DNA of 64,000 nucleotides from Mobula birostris. Lineage: Eukaryota. The translations under genes were made by a program, and so were the position numbers. Of the stretch, positions 11,701-23,946 are shown one piece after another (position 1 is the first letter of the stretch; each line of letters begins with the position of its first letter). The stretch lies in contig NC_092376.1 of the NCBI RefSeq assembly GCF_030028105.1, positions 116,558,230-116,622,229 of the forward strand, given 5' to 3'. The notes below the pieces were generated by a model, which had not been told where the DNA came from, searched no databases, and saw nothing but the letters and a program-made list of their open reading frames with translations.

Positions 11701-14230
11701 ACAAGATCAGACAGAAAACTGATGACAGCGACGCCCCTCTACCAGAGAGGCTTAACAATTTTTTTGCACGCTTCGAAGCATCAAACACTACAGCAAGCGG
11801 GAGAGCCAGTCCCTTTTTACCATCTGACCAGCCGGCTCCAATCATTGATCCAGAGCAAATGCGGAGGACCCTTGCCAGGGTCAACCCACGGAAAGCGGGA
11901 GGTCCCAACAACATCCCTGGATGTGTGCTCAAGGAATGTGCTGATGTATTAGCAGATGTCCTGACAGACATTTTCAACATCTCCCTTAGTCAAGCTATTG
12001 TCCCCAGATACTTCAAAACCTCCACAGTCATCCCTGTAGCAAAGAAATCAGTTGTAGCCCGTCTGAATGATTACCGTCCCGTTGCCCTGACCCCCATAGT
12101 GATGAAATGTTTTGAATGGCTCGTAAAGCTTCATATCACAGCCAGCCTCCCCTCATCGCTGGATCCTCTACAGTTTGCTTATCGTCCAAATCGCTCTACG
12201 GAGGACGCAATATCCACCACACTGCACACAGTTCTCTCTCACTTGGACAACAAAGACACGTGTGCCAGAATCCTGTACATTGATTTCACTTCAGCGTTCA
12301 ATACCATCATCCCACAGAGACTAGTGGAGAAACTGTCGCTGCTTGGCCTTAGCACTGCCATGTGTCGCTGGATTCTGGATTTCTTGACAGACAGACCACA
12401 GTCAGTCCGTGTTGGCAGGAACATCTCTGACTCCATCACGCTGAGCACTGGATCCCCACAAGGCTGTGTGCTTAGCCCGTTGCTGTTTTCACTGCTAACA
12501 CATGACTGTGCAGCTAGATTCAAGGAGAATTTGATCATTAAATTTGCTGATGATACCACAGTGGTGGGGCTCATCAGCAAAAATGATGAAACAATGTATA
12601 GGGAGGAGGTCAAACACCTAGAGAGCTGGTGCAGTGATAACAACTTGATACTTAATGTCACCAAAACCAAGGAGATGATCGTCGATTTCAGACGGTCTCA
12701 GCCTGAGCACACACCCCTCAGCATCAGCGGCTCCACAGTGGAGAGAGTGCAAAACGTCAAGTTCCTTGGGGTGCAGATCTCGGACAATCTCACCTGGTCC
12801 AGGAACGCCACTGGGATTGTGAAACGGGCCCAGTGGAGATTGCACTTTCTGAGGAAGCTTAAACAAGCATCACTCCCCACTAACATCTTAACAACATTCT
12901 ACAGAGATGTGGTTGAGAGTGTGCTGACCTTTTGCATCACAACCTGGTACTCCAACTGCAGTGCTGTCGACAAAAAAGCCTTGCAGAGGGTGGTTAGGGG
13001 AGCAGAGAAGGTTATTGGGGTCTCCCTACCTTCTGTCCAAGACCTCTTTCAGAGTCAATGCCTCCAGAAGACACTGTACCTCATTAAAGACCCCTCACAC
13101 CCTCTCCATGAATTGTTTGTTCTTCTGCCATCAGGCAAACGTTACAGGAGCATCAAAGCTAAAACCAGAAGGCTACTAAACAACTTCCTCCCACAGGCAG
13201 TCAGACTGCTAAATAGCTGCTCTACCTGGCTCCGCTTTGGACACTTTTAACTTGCACTGGACACTTATAACTTGATTTTAACTGACATGTGGCTGTTGTG
13301 TTTTACTATTTATTGTTATGTTTATTATTTAGTGTTGCATTTGTTATGTTATGATTGCACTGCCCCTGAGAAACGCTGTCTCAATCTGCCCTGCAGAGCT
13401 GATGTATGGTTAGAATGACAATAAAGTTTTTTGAATCTTTGAACTTCCAGCACCTGCAGAATTCCTCGTGTGTCGTCGTTGCAGCAGGTGACAATTGTTA
13501 AGCCTCTCTCCATCGTTGCCACAGTCGAGATCACTAACAAAAGAATGCAGCCTTCAGTAATTAAGGGATTGGCGAGAATCAGGAAGGATTGCCACCACAT
13601 GCCGCCACAAGAAAGCACAGCTTCAAGGGCTCCGGCCCGAAACGTCGACCGATCTTTTCCACAGATGCTGCCCGACCTGCTGAGTTCCTCCAACGTGTTG
13701 TGAGTATGCAGTGAGAAACTTTAGCAAGTGTACACACATCTACTTATTCTTTTCAGCACCAACTCATTGTAGCAAATAAGGCATTCAACAACTTTTAAGT
13801 GACATGTAATTGTGATTTTAATCAGGATCTATTCTCAATTTTAGAAGATCTTGACTGTGCAGATGACCTTATATTACTATCACAATCATACCAGCACATG
13901 GCAAGAGGAAACTCACCACTTGTGTTCCTTTGGTGGACAGGCTGGACTCAGAGTCAGCCAGAGAAAGAGTGAGACTACGACCCTCAATGTAAAGTCTCCT
14001 CCTCCTGTCGGGGCATATGATATGGCTTTGACTTATCCAGCACCGGCAGATTCACCTTCCTGAACAGCATCATTTGGCAGGATAGTGGGACCAAGAACGA
14101 CATCTAGCACTGGCAGACTCAGCAAAGCTAGAAATGCCTTCAGATCAACGAGAAACAGATGGAGACCAAGTACAGCATCTACGCCAAGGTGAAGCTGTAC
14201 CAGAACTGTGCCCTGTCCACACTCTTCCAG
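8770..14230 (+). mobile_element. Degraded RTE-clade LINE (about 8770-11163 and 13829-14230), interrupted by a Rex1-containing cassette
   Basis: APE motifs TVIQCYAPTN and IVMGDLNTKVG; RT FVDFEKPFDS, GVRQG, resuming at EDLDCADD after the insertion. Confidence 0.82.
11225..13445 (+). mobile_element. 5'-truncated Rex1/Babar LINE with uninterrupted 604-aa RT ORF (11436-13250)
   Basis: QFAYRPNRSTEDAI, GSPQGCVLSPLLF, IKFADDTT; 3' UTR ends AATAAA plus (TTGAAT/C) repeats. Confidence 0.93.
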
Positions 14231-14351
14231 GCAACCCTACCCTGAAGAAGTTTAAATCTTCTCCTCCATGGGAGTTCAGTGAGACCCTCTCTCATTGCTC
14301 CCCCTCTGTGATCTCTGTTGCCCTCAGACTCTTTGAGCATTTACTTGATGG

Positions 14352-14584
14352 TGTTGTGTATCTGATATGTCACTAATATTTGAGTAATGTCGTACCTATA
14401 TTGTTTGATTAAGCATTCTTGTTGACTTAAATAATTCATTATGGGTTATATGTAAAAATATGTTAATTGTATCCATCACCACATTACCACATGATACGTT
14501 TTTGCCTCACATAATGTAAATAAACACATATCTCAGACTCCCTGTGTCTTCCTTTGAATTAGTTTCTTGTTACAGAACATAACA
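14352..14584. mobile_element. Short solo LTR
   Basis: TGTTGTG...CATAACA with near-perfect 5-bp TSD GATGG/GACGG. Confidence 0.7.
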
Positions 14585-15213
14585 GACGGGAGTTCAGTGA
14601 AACCCCCTCATGTTGTTTCCCCACTGTAATCTCCACTGCTGTCAGACTCTCTGACCACGTATTCACCCAGACTCACTACCACAGCCACTCCCTCCCCACC
14701 CAGCTACATACATTCCCCCTCAGCTGGCTTGTACTCCTTCCTCTCCCACACCTCCTTCCCCCTTCCTTTCAAGTCCTGATGAAGACTCTTAGCTCAAAAT
14801 ATCAACTCTTTATTTCTTTCCATTGATGCTGTCTGACCTGCTGAGTTCCTCCAGCATTTTGTGTAATACTAACTAAATAAATAAATAACACAAATCCCTG
14901 GAAAGTGACTTCATAGGTTGTGAAATGCACTCAGGGTTGAGGTGAGTCAGGTAATGCATGCTGGTTCAAGAGTCTGATGGATGAAGGATAATAACTGTCC
15001 CTGAACCTGGTGGTCAGTGACTGGGCAGTGTTGGAGTTTAGCAAAATGGTACACAAGCCGATTCAGACCAACGTGTAGGTACAAATGACTGGTTATCCTT
15101 GATTAATGAGAGTTTCACTGCAGGAGTAAGGAAGCAAAACTTCAGTTATATGGGGCCTGGACTTGTTCTCTGTTGTAGTTTTGGTTTATTGCCAAAAGAA
15201 AGGATTTACTTAC

Positions 15214-15255
15214 CATAGGCAGATCACAGGGAAGATACTGTGCTAGTGGGTTCTT
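15214..15255 (-). pseudogene. Paralogous TIM stalk exon with in-frame stop (E)EPTSTVSSL*SAY
   Basis: Acceptor tttctcctcttag|, donor G|gtaagt, phase 1-1. ACTAGCACA and TCTGCCTAT parallel ACCAGCACA and TCTGCTTAC of exon 3. Confidence 0.65.
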
Positions 15256-15544
15256 CTAAGAGGAGAAACTGAGTCGAGTGTGACTGTAATTTCAAGTTTA
15301 GAAGAACAGGAGAACAAAACAAAAGCATTGGAGAAAATGGCAGGGTAGACGTCGGGGAAGGTTATGGAACTTGGGATAGGCCAGTTGAGATACAGATGAA
15401 ATGAGCTTTCCAGGGTGGTGCAGAAGCTCAGTTATTGTGTTTGTTCTAATCACAAATTGATAGACATTTGGACATGGAGTCCAGAGATATGGGGTAGTGC
15501 TGGAAAATGGCAGTGAAGTTGCAATTCCTAATGAACAGAGGAGC

Positions 15545-16285
15545 AGGCTGGAGCATCCAATGGACAAATCCTGCTCCTATTTCTAATGTTCCTATGACAG
15601 CAACATCAAAACCAGCAAGAACAAGATAATCCCAAGTTTCTGTAGAACACTCGGTACAGGGTTGTTCAACACACTAAAGTTTCTTCCCCACAGAATCTCA
15701 GACAATGCTTCTTTGTCCGTATTACATTGCAATGTCCTGCCATTTTCATCTTGCATATTATCCATACTACTGATATTCAAAGAGACAAGTTCAAAAGTAA
15801 ATTCATTATCAAAGAACTTATCCGTCACCATTCACAAACCTGAGATTAATTTTCTTGTGGGCCTACTCAGTAAACCCAATAACCATGATAGAATCATTGA
15901 CAGACTGGACCCAACTGGATGGACAACCAGTGTAGAAAAGGCAACAGACTGTGCAAATACAAGAAAAGCAGTAAATATCAAGAACAGGAGCTGAATAGCC
16001 CCTGGATGTGAGTCCATAGGTTGTGGGACCAGTTCACTGATGGGACAAGTGAAACTGAGTGAATAATTGTGAGCAATAGGGAACAATAAATCTCAAATCA
16101 GTATTCATTTTGTTATTTCATGTGCTCTTTGTGGACAGAAGATGACCATCCTGCACATCGAGATTATATCATCTGTCCATATGTTCCCACCAGATGCACA
16201 CCACACTATCTTCATGGAACATTTCTCCCACAGCTCCCTGCTATTCCCCTGCTATTCATCTACATTAGAGGCAGTCTACAATGTT
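15545..16285 (-). pseudogene. Paralogous TIM intron-2 block (second TIM copy)
   Basis: Collinear similarity to about 57400-57835, e.g. cacagaatctcagacaatgc, tttgtccgt, ttttcatc, aataaatc..agtatt. Interrupted by a Rex1-type tail at about 15830-16080. Confidence 0.8.
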
Positions 16286-17126
16286 TTTACAATGCAACAA
16301 CAATATTTCAGTCAGGCTAGAAGTCACTCTTCACCAATGGTGTTGTGTGTCTTGCTGTGAAATATTCACTTCCTGTTTCTTCTTGGCTTTCAAATCAATT
16401 GTGAATGTTGGACAGAAAGTTAACAGCAATTCATGTGTATTTATTGAACCTTCACAACCGCTGCTTCACATTTAATTCCAACCATGTTGCCATACACCTA
16501 GACTCACCCAGCAGACAGTGAGCACCTTGATTCTGTGTGGGTTAGGTTGAACAGATTGTCAGAATAACCTCCACATATTGACATGATGACTGTTCTTAAG
16601 AAGCATGTCTATCGCCTTTGTGACAAACACAGGTGATTAAAACATGCATCCAAGATTCAATCTTCCTCTCTGTGCACTACAGCACAGTCACACAATGCGG
16701 TTCTTCAGGTCATCTTTAAAGTTAGTGTAACCAGGTTAGTTAAACCCAAAGATGCAATGTTAGAAAGCTTCACTTGTGGAGGGGTGTAAATGAGGTTTAC
16801 TGAATTCAAAAAAGAAAGAACTTGAAAAAATAGCTGTATGAGTACAAGGTGTGGCTGACGCAGGCGTAGACAAGTGATACAAACGTGGCAAACTAGAAAC
16901 TAACTAAAGGTATAAACTGCTAAAAGTGGAATTAGTAGTTAGTATCTCTACCCTACTTATCGGAAATCCTCAGGGTGAAACTCCAGGAGGAGAGACGATA
17001 TTGATAAAACATTTATTGAAGTTTTGGCTATAATGAGCACCGGCTGTAGTGAGACGATATTGGCAGAGAGTAGAGTCCAAGATCTCTAACGTGTAACAGG
17101 AAATTAGTTCTGTTAAATCATTGTCT

Positions 17127-17488
17127 TGTGGGGGTTTGCCTTATTCTGACTGTTGAAATTTGCTTCCGCTGTGATTAGTTAGTTTAGGAAGTGCAGCGCC
17201 TTTTCCCATTGGATAACCGCCTGGTGTCCAGTTTCAAATATCCTGGGTATATAAAAGTGAACATGGAAGAGGCTTTCTCTTTTCCTCCTTTGTTTAAGGC
17301 AAGGATGCACATGACAATTAGGAAGGTATGCTCTGCACGTATTAACTAAGTATGTTTGTTGAGTATTCAGGTTTGTAATATCTGTAACTCGGGGAACATG
17401 AACATTTGGTCAAATTTTTATTATTTGTAAATAAATAATTAATATAATTTTCTGTCTTACTTGCTGGATTCATATACCTGATATAATA
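17127..17488 (+). repeat. ERV 5' LTR
   Basis: Starts TGTGGGG; ATTGG (CCAAT) box, GTATATAAAA TATA box, AATAAA; collinear with 29415-29796. Confidence 0.82.
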
Positions 17489-17495
17489 TTAAACT

Positions 17496-17513
17496 TGGCA
17501 CTGCAAGCAGGGT
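17496..17513 (+). promoter_or_regulatory. Primer-binding site, tRNA-Ser-like
   Basis: TGGCACTGCAAGCAGGGT just after the 5' LTR. It matches 15/18 to TGGCGCAGCGAGCAGGGT, the complement of the vertebrate tRNA-Ser(UGA) 3' end as I recall it; two mismatches are CpG-decay type. Confidence 0.62.
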
Positions 17514-17894
17514 GTGGCTTTTTGAGCAGAAATACATTTCTTTAACAGGTTATTTAAAAGAGATGACTCTCCGTTTGAGAGATGCAGAGACCAGGGTGGA
17601 CAAATAATAGTGCAGGCTTTGGAAGTCTCGCTAACCTGCTGATGGGTTATGGGATGTCAGTAAATTGGTCAGACCAGCCAGATTTCACTGGGGTTGAAAT
17701 GGGACATCACATTTTTTCTATACTGTCTTTTTGCATCAATAGAGGTCCACAATCCCTTATCCGAAATCCTTGGGGCCAGTTGCATTTCAGAATTCAGAAT
17801 TTTTCGGATTTCAGACCTCCCCCCATACCAAAAAACACATACGCTCAAGTCCCTTATTTAACCTGTCGCAGCGCGGTAGACTTTAAGACCCAGC

Positions 17895-18031
17895 NNNNNN
17901 NNNNNNNNNNNNNNNNNNNNNNNNNNNNNNNNNNNNNNNNNNNNNNNNNNNNNNNNNNNNNNNNNNNNNNNNNNNNNNNNNNNNNNNNNNNNNNNNNNNN
18001 NNNNNNNNNNNNNNNNNNNNNNNNNNNNNNN
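17895..18031. other. Assembly gap (137 N)
   Basis: Run of N. Confidence 1.
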
Positions 18032-18577
18032 TTCCAACAAAATCATTCAATAAAACATAAAAATTTACAGCTTCAAACGAACCGAATCAAACACGTGGTA
18101 AATGACTTATTGGAATAAATGTAGAATGTCACTGTCACTGTCACTATAAAACTTAAGTAACTTGTCTTTCTGTTTATTTAAATCATATACAGCGGTAGGT
18201 CCGACACTATTTTCTTCAGTAAGACGCCGCACAGACACACCGCGATCAAGCTTCTGCAATAACTCCACTTTCTGCGTTATTGATAGAGAAGATTCCTTCT
18301 CTTTTTCTCATTGTTACCCATAGGGGTATCTGCAGCTCTTTTTGACATTTTTACAGTGAAATTAAACACAAAGTCAACAGTGAACACAAAATATCAGGGA
18401 ACAGTAAATCCACGTGTAACCAGTACGAGCGCTGAGCCACAACTGATGTCTGGCGGCCTCTGTCTGTCTGTCTGTATCTTGCTTTACGGCGGTTGGCATC
18501 CAGCTTAATGGTGCATTACCACCACCCTCTGCGTCAGAATGTGCACTAGACATACATTCTAAATCCCTTCACCCAAT

Positions 18578-18620
<43 letters not shown>

Positions 18621-18675
18621 CTACACTTCACCCTCCCATCTTTGACCATCCTAGTATCCTATTCCTGTTTATTCG

Positions 18676-21600
18676 TCATATTCTATAAAAAACCCCTGTA
18701 CCCCTTAAAAATGCTAAAAATACCCGGACTTGTGCTCTCTCACCCATGCCCAGCAACCCTTTTAATGTGAATTGCTGCATCCCCAACTCCCTTAATTTAT
18801 TTCTCATCATCTCTCTCTGTATCCCATACTTCCTGCAACACAAAACTACATGTTCTACTGACTCCTCTTCCTGACATTCCTCACACAATCCTGTCTGGTG
18901 TTTCCCTATCATTTTCAATGTTTTGTTTAATGTACAATGCCCCAGCCTTAACCTAGTCCACACAATTTCCTCTCTTCTGTTTCCATTACCTACCCTAGTG
19001 ACTGCAACACTCTTTTGTGTTTGATATAAATGCCTCCCTTTCCCCTCCCTGTCCCATCTTTCTTGCCACATTCAGTTGACTTTTTCCCAGATTACACACT
19101 TAACCTCTGCCTTACTGATACTAATGTGCATTTCCACATTTTCTTTCTTTAACGCCCTCTTTGCCAACTCATCCACCCTCTCATTCCCCTTCACCCCTAC
19201 ATGTGCTGGAACCCATAGAAATTTTACCTGACCTCCCTGATTTGCAATTCTTGTAACTAACTGAAGGACTTCATAAAGTACATCTTGCCGACTGTTTGTG
19301 TGAAAAGACCTTAAACTTGCTAGAACTGAGGATGAATCTGAACATATCAATGCTTTGGCTTGTCTGGCTTTCTGCACCCATTGCAACGCAACCAACACCG
19401 CCAGCATCTCCACTGTAAACACCCCTAACTTATTAGATGTTCTTCTGCTGATTCCAATTTCTTTTGCTGGTATGACCACCCCAAACCCTGTCACTCCTGT
19501 TTCAGGTTCCTTTGCACCATCCGTATTAATGTGAGTATAATCACTATACTTTTCCATCACATGACAGTTAAATGCATTTACCAAATCTGTTTTATATCTT
19601 TCTTTCTTTTTTACCTCTAACAAATGCCAGTCTATGTCAGGCCATACAAGTTTCCATGGAGCTACAACTGGATAAACTACTGAAGGACTTATCCTCAGAT
19701 CAAATACTCCACATTCTTTCGCGATATCATTCCCTACCCGACTAAAGGTATCCCTCTGAAACCTCCCATTTTCCCAGCACTCCTGCAACACTCCTTTAGT
19801 AGGGTGAGAATCATTGTGCCCCTGAAAGTTAGCCCAGTAGTTTACCATCAGTTGCATCCTTCTTAGTTCCAAAGGCATTATTCCCATTTCTACCTGTAGG
19901 GCTGACACTGGTGACGTTTTAAAAGCCCCACTGCACACTGTCAAGGCCTGAGCCTGAATCACATCCAGTTTCCTTATAAGAGACCTAGCTGCTGATCCAT
20001 ATACTATATTTCCATAATCCAATACAGATCTTACTAAAGCCACATACATTCTCTTCAAAGCTGAACAACTTGCTCCCCATTCCCTACCAGTCAAACATCT
20101 CATCACATTTATTACTTTTTTACATTTCTCCTCAACTTTCCTGATATGGTCTGCCCATGTTAATCGTGAATCAAATATAACTCCCAGAAATTTAAATGAT
20201 GCAACCCTTTCTAATTCAACCCCATACATCCTTAACTTCTTCCCTACCTCAACCCTTTTCCTGGTAAAAAATACAGATTGAGTTTTGTCTACTGAAAATC
20301 TACATCCCCAATCATAACCCCACTCCACCACTTCATCAATTGCTTCTTGTAGTTTCCTGATTATATGGTCCATGTTCCTGCCTCTTTTCCACAAGGCCCC
20401 ATCATCCGCAAACAGTGACCTACCTATATCCACTGGTACCTTTGTGAAGACATCATTGATCATAATGATGAAAAGTAACGGGCTAATCACACTACCTTGA
20501 GGTGTGCCATTTTCCACTATGTACTGTTTTGATAATTCTGATCCAATCCGAACTTGAATTTTTCTACCAAACAAAAAATCTTTAATCCAATTAAAAACTC
20601 TCCCACCAACCCCCATCTTGTGCAGTTTAATTAATAATCCTTCCTTCCACATCATATCATGGGCTTTTTCAATGTCAAAGAACACTGCCACTACTGACTC
20701 TCTATTTGCCTGGGCCTTCCTTATTTCAGTCTCTAACATAATCACTGAGTCCATGGAATTCCTTCCCTTTCTAAAACCACTCTGATAACTTGCCAGCATT
20801 CCCCTTTTCTCAAGCTCATATGATAACCTTTCTGTTATCATCCTTTCCATTATCTTACATATACTTGATGTTAATGCAATTGGTCTGTAGCTAGTGGGTT
20901 TTGACAGATCCTTGCCAGGCTTCATTATTGGAATTACTACTGCTTCTTTCCATGCACTTGGTAATCTTCCCTCCTCCCACACTCTGTTATAAAAATGCAG
21001 CAACTTCAAGAGCGCTCCTTCTCCTAGATTTTTTAGCATCACAGAGCATATCAGATCTTTCCCTGGGAGGTTGGTCTCGATCTCTTTATTGCTCTCACCA
21101 TTTCTGCTAATGTAAATGGATCATCAAATATATCATCTGTTCCTTCCCTCCTGCTTAACGCACCTGGGTGTTGGCTCATTATTCTTTCCCTTCTTCTTCT
21201 CCCTTCTTCAGACAAATTTTCTGAACTGTGTATCAGTACAAATGACTTGGCCACGACCTCAGCCTTATCCCTACTGGAGACTGCAGTTTCCTCCTCAGAT
21301 ATCATTACTGGATATTCCCATTCCCTTCTATCTCCTCCCATCCTCTTAATCATTTCCCATATCTCTCCCACAGGTGTTGTTCTTCCTACCTTGTCGCAAA
21401 AACTCCTCCAACTTGCCCTTTTAGCTTGACGTATAGTTCTTCTCACCACTGCCTGTGCTTTCTTATATTGAACCAAATGCTGCATATTATGGGTTCTTTT
21501 AACTAGCCTGAATGCTCTATTTCTGTGTTTTACAGCCTGACAACATTCCTCTGTCCACCATGGTACCAGTTTTCTATTCATCCTATTTTTACTCCTAGGT

Positions 21601-22451
21601 ATAGATCCTTCTGCTGCCATGATAATTGCTGAAGTCACCTGACTGTTTAATTCATCTACATTTCCAGAAATATCAATCTTTGTCAACCCTTCTTCACTCA
21701 ACTTCTGGAACTTACCCCAATCAGCTTTTTCAAACACCCACTTTGGGGTTCCGCCACCTGGTCTTACTTCAACTCTTTCACCCACTGAACACAAAACTGG
21801 GTAGTGATCACTGCCTACTGTTGAAGCAGTCCAAACTCCCCAGTTACTAATGCCAGCCAAGGTATTAGACACTAACGCAATATCTAACACTGACTCAGTT
21901 CCTGTTGTTATATCTATCCTTGTGCCGCTACCATCATTCATACACACCAAATCCCTTTCTTCCATCAAATCTTCAATTACCTTTCCATTTGGATCTGTAA
22001 TCTGATCCCCCCATATTGTGCTATGAGCATTGAAATCTGCACACCACACTACTTTATGTCTGTTTTGTCCTTGTATTTTTAATAGGCTGTCCAAATCCAA
22101 CCTTTTACATGGATTGTAGTAGTTAATTATAACCACTCCCTCCCCTCTCTCCCACACTTCCACCACTATGTATTCCTGATCATCTCCTTTTTCCAGTACC
22201 CTATATGGTATACCTTGCTTGATTAACATAGCACAACCCCCTCTTCCCCCTAGATTTCTATCTTTCCTTATCATTGTATACCCATATACCACAAAGTCTA
22301 AAGTTGGTTTCAACCAAGTTTCCTGAATACACACTACATCCGGTTTTACAACCATTTCTTTAATAAAGTGCTTGAATTCCTGGCTATTGGCCAGTAAGCT
22401 CCTTGCATTCCATTGTAAAAGAATCACCATAATTAGTATTAACCAACACAT
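18676..22451 (-). pseudogene. Nimb/I ORF2 (APE-RT-RNaseH), frameshift near 21045 and stop near 19072
   Basis: LQWNARSL..CIQETWL, GTPQGSVISP..FADD, TDG..VEMLAV..CSDS..WVPAHVGVKGNERVD, RLRLGH..C..C..EHVV. Confidence 0.92.
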
Positions 22452-22468
22452 GACACTTCCTGGCTTGA

Positions 22469-23769
22469 CTAATTACTGAGGTTCTCCCTCACTTCCTCCC
22501 ATGTCAGTCCTACTAACCCTAAATGGTTTACTGCTGCTTTTACCACCAGCTGAATTTTGTCACTTTTTGACTTTACCTCAGCCGTACTATTAATCACTCC
22601 TGCAATGAATGTTACTAGAGCCTTTTTGTCTACATAAATCCTGTCATTTGTTCTTTGTTGCATCTCTCGTATCCCTATTGCTCCCTGTTCATTAGGAACA
22701 TTATTCTGTTCTCTTGACATTCTTACAGCTTCTGCATAAGTGATCTTTCTTTTCACTCTTATTTCTTGAATTTTAGTCTCCCGTCTTACAACCTCACACC
22801 CACTATATGCAACATTATGAGCTCCTCCACAATTGCAGCATTTTGGTTGAACTCCTGTTCCGCACTTTCCATATTCATGATCACCCCCACATCTAGCACA
22901 TCTCCTCTGCCTTTTACAGTTTTTAGCCACGTGTCCAAACCTTTGACAATTATAGCACCTCAGTGGCTTTGGCACATACACCCTTACTGGTAACTCATGA
23001 AACCCAGGAACACCTTCCTTGGCACTCTTTCTTCTTCAAATTCAATCAATACTGATTCGCTTTCCTTTTTCACTCCCTCCTTTGTTGTTTTCAGTCTTTG
23101 AACATTCATTACTTTCCCTTCTTTGATATTCCTCTTTATCTCCTCCATATTTATACTCATTGGTATCCCCGTGATCACTCCTTTACAACCACTGTTTTGT
23201 GCTCCCACCCTCCCAATGTATTCCACCTTGCATTTTCCTATCTCTTTTAGCTTGAGTGCTTTCTCAAGTTGTTCCTCATTCGCACATCTTATCAATAAGT
23301 TGCCATCATTAAGGACTTTTGCAAATACTATTTCCCCTATCTTATTTGTCAGAGTTGTTGTTAGCACAAATGGGTTAATTTTCTTCATATGTCCCTGAGC
23401 CTTCTCATTAAACCTAATTATGACAACACCTCCTCTCTGAGCTTGTTCATCTTCCTCACTTTCAGAGCTTTCTCCACTATCATTTCTTATTCTTTTATTC
23501 CCTTTGTCTTGGTTTTTGTTCATCCGACCCCTCACTACCTCCTCATTCCCTTTATTTTTCTCTTCACAATAATCCACCTCTCCCCAGCTGCCTACCTCTC
23601 GTCCCAAGTCTCTATCCCTCTCCTTCTCCACTTTCTTTCCCTCAACCCCGCCTCTTATCTTGTCCGCCATTACCGGACCCACACGACCCCCTCCCAGCAA
23701 TTTCCGTTCCTTCCCCACTCTCTTTCCCTCGACAGGTTCCAAAACACGCTCACGCATCAAGCAAAACAC
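22469..23769 (-). pseudogene. Nimb/I ORF1 (gag-like, 3 zinc knuckles), one frameshift near 22982
   Basis: RCYNCQRFGHVAKNC, RCARCGGDHEYGKC, KCCNCGGAH. Confidence 0.9.
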
Positions 23770-23946
23770 AGCCAGCTTCCAGTCAAGCCAACTCAGCCAC
23801 CTCGAGTCAGCCGGGTCCTGGCGGCCTCTGCTAGTGCTGCCACGTTATACCTGAGTGACGTCAGCTGTTGGCGAAAAAAAAAAACTTTGGTTTTCGGAGC
23901 TTTTTGGATTTCAGAATTTCGGATAAAGGAATGTTAACCCGTCGTA

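Larger units (their letters stand above)
18463..23817 (-). mobile_element. Full-length I-group (Nimb/I clade) non-LTR retrotransposon with RNase H
   Basis: 13-bp TSD CTGGCGGCCTCTG at 18450-18462 and 23818-23830; (ACAG)n 3' tail; ORF1 with three CCHC knuckles; ORF2 with APE, RT (FADD), RNase H and C-terminal Cys/His motif. Confidence 0.92.
17742..23944. mobile_element. TcMar (Tigger-like) non-autonomous element split by the Nimb LINE (arms about 17742-18449 and 23831-23944)
   Basis: Imperfect TIRs gaggtccacaatcccttatccgaaa and tttcggataaaggaatgttaacccg, each flanked by TA. Confidence 0.65.

Noticed and set aside
15592-15831. ORF ending in hydrophobic LGIILFLLVLMLLS* (GPI-anchor or TM-like)
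   Set aside because: The frame is not conserved in the paralogous blocks at 57.4 kb and 45.3 kb (indels), and its 5' part runs into a repeat insertion.
17582-18118. 178-aa ORF
   Set aside because: A chimera of ERV gag start, MITE and an N gap; not a gene.
23818-23845. CTCF-like motif (GCAGCACTAGCAGAGGCCGCCAG, minus strand) at the Nimb target site
   Set aside because: Spacing does not fit the CTCF core, and it lies inside a MITE.
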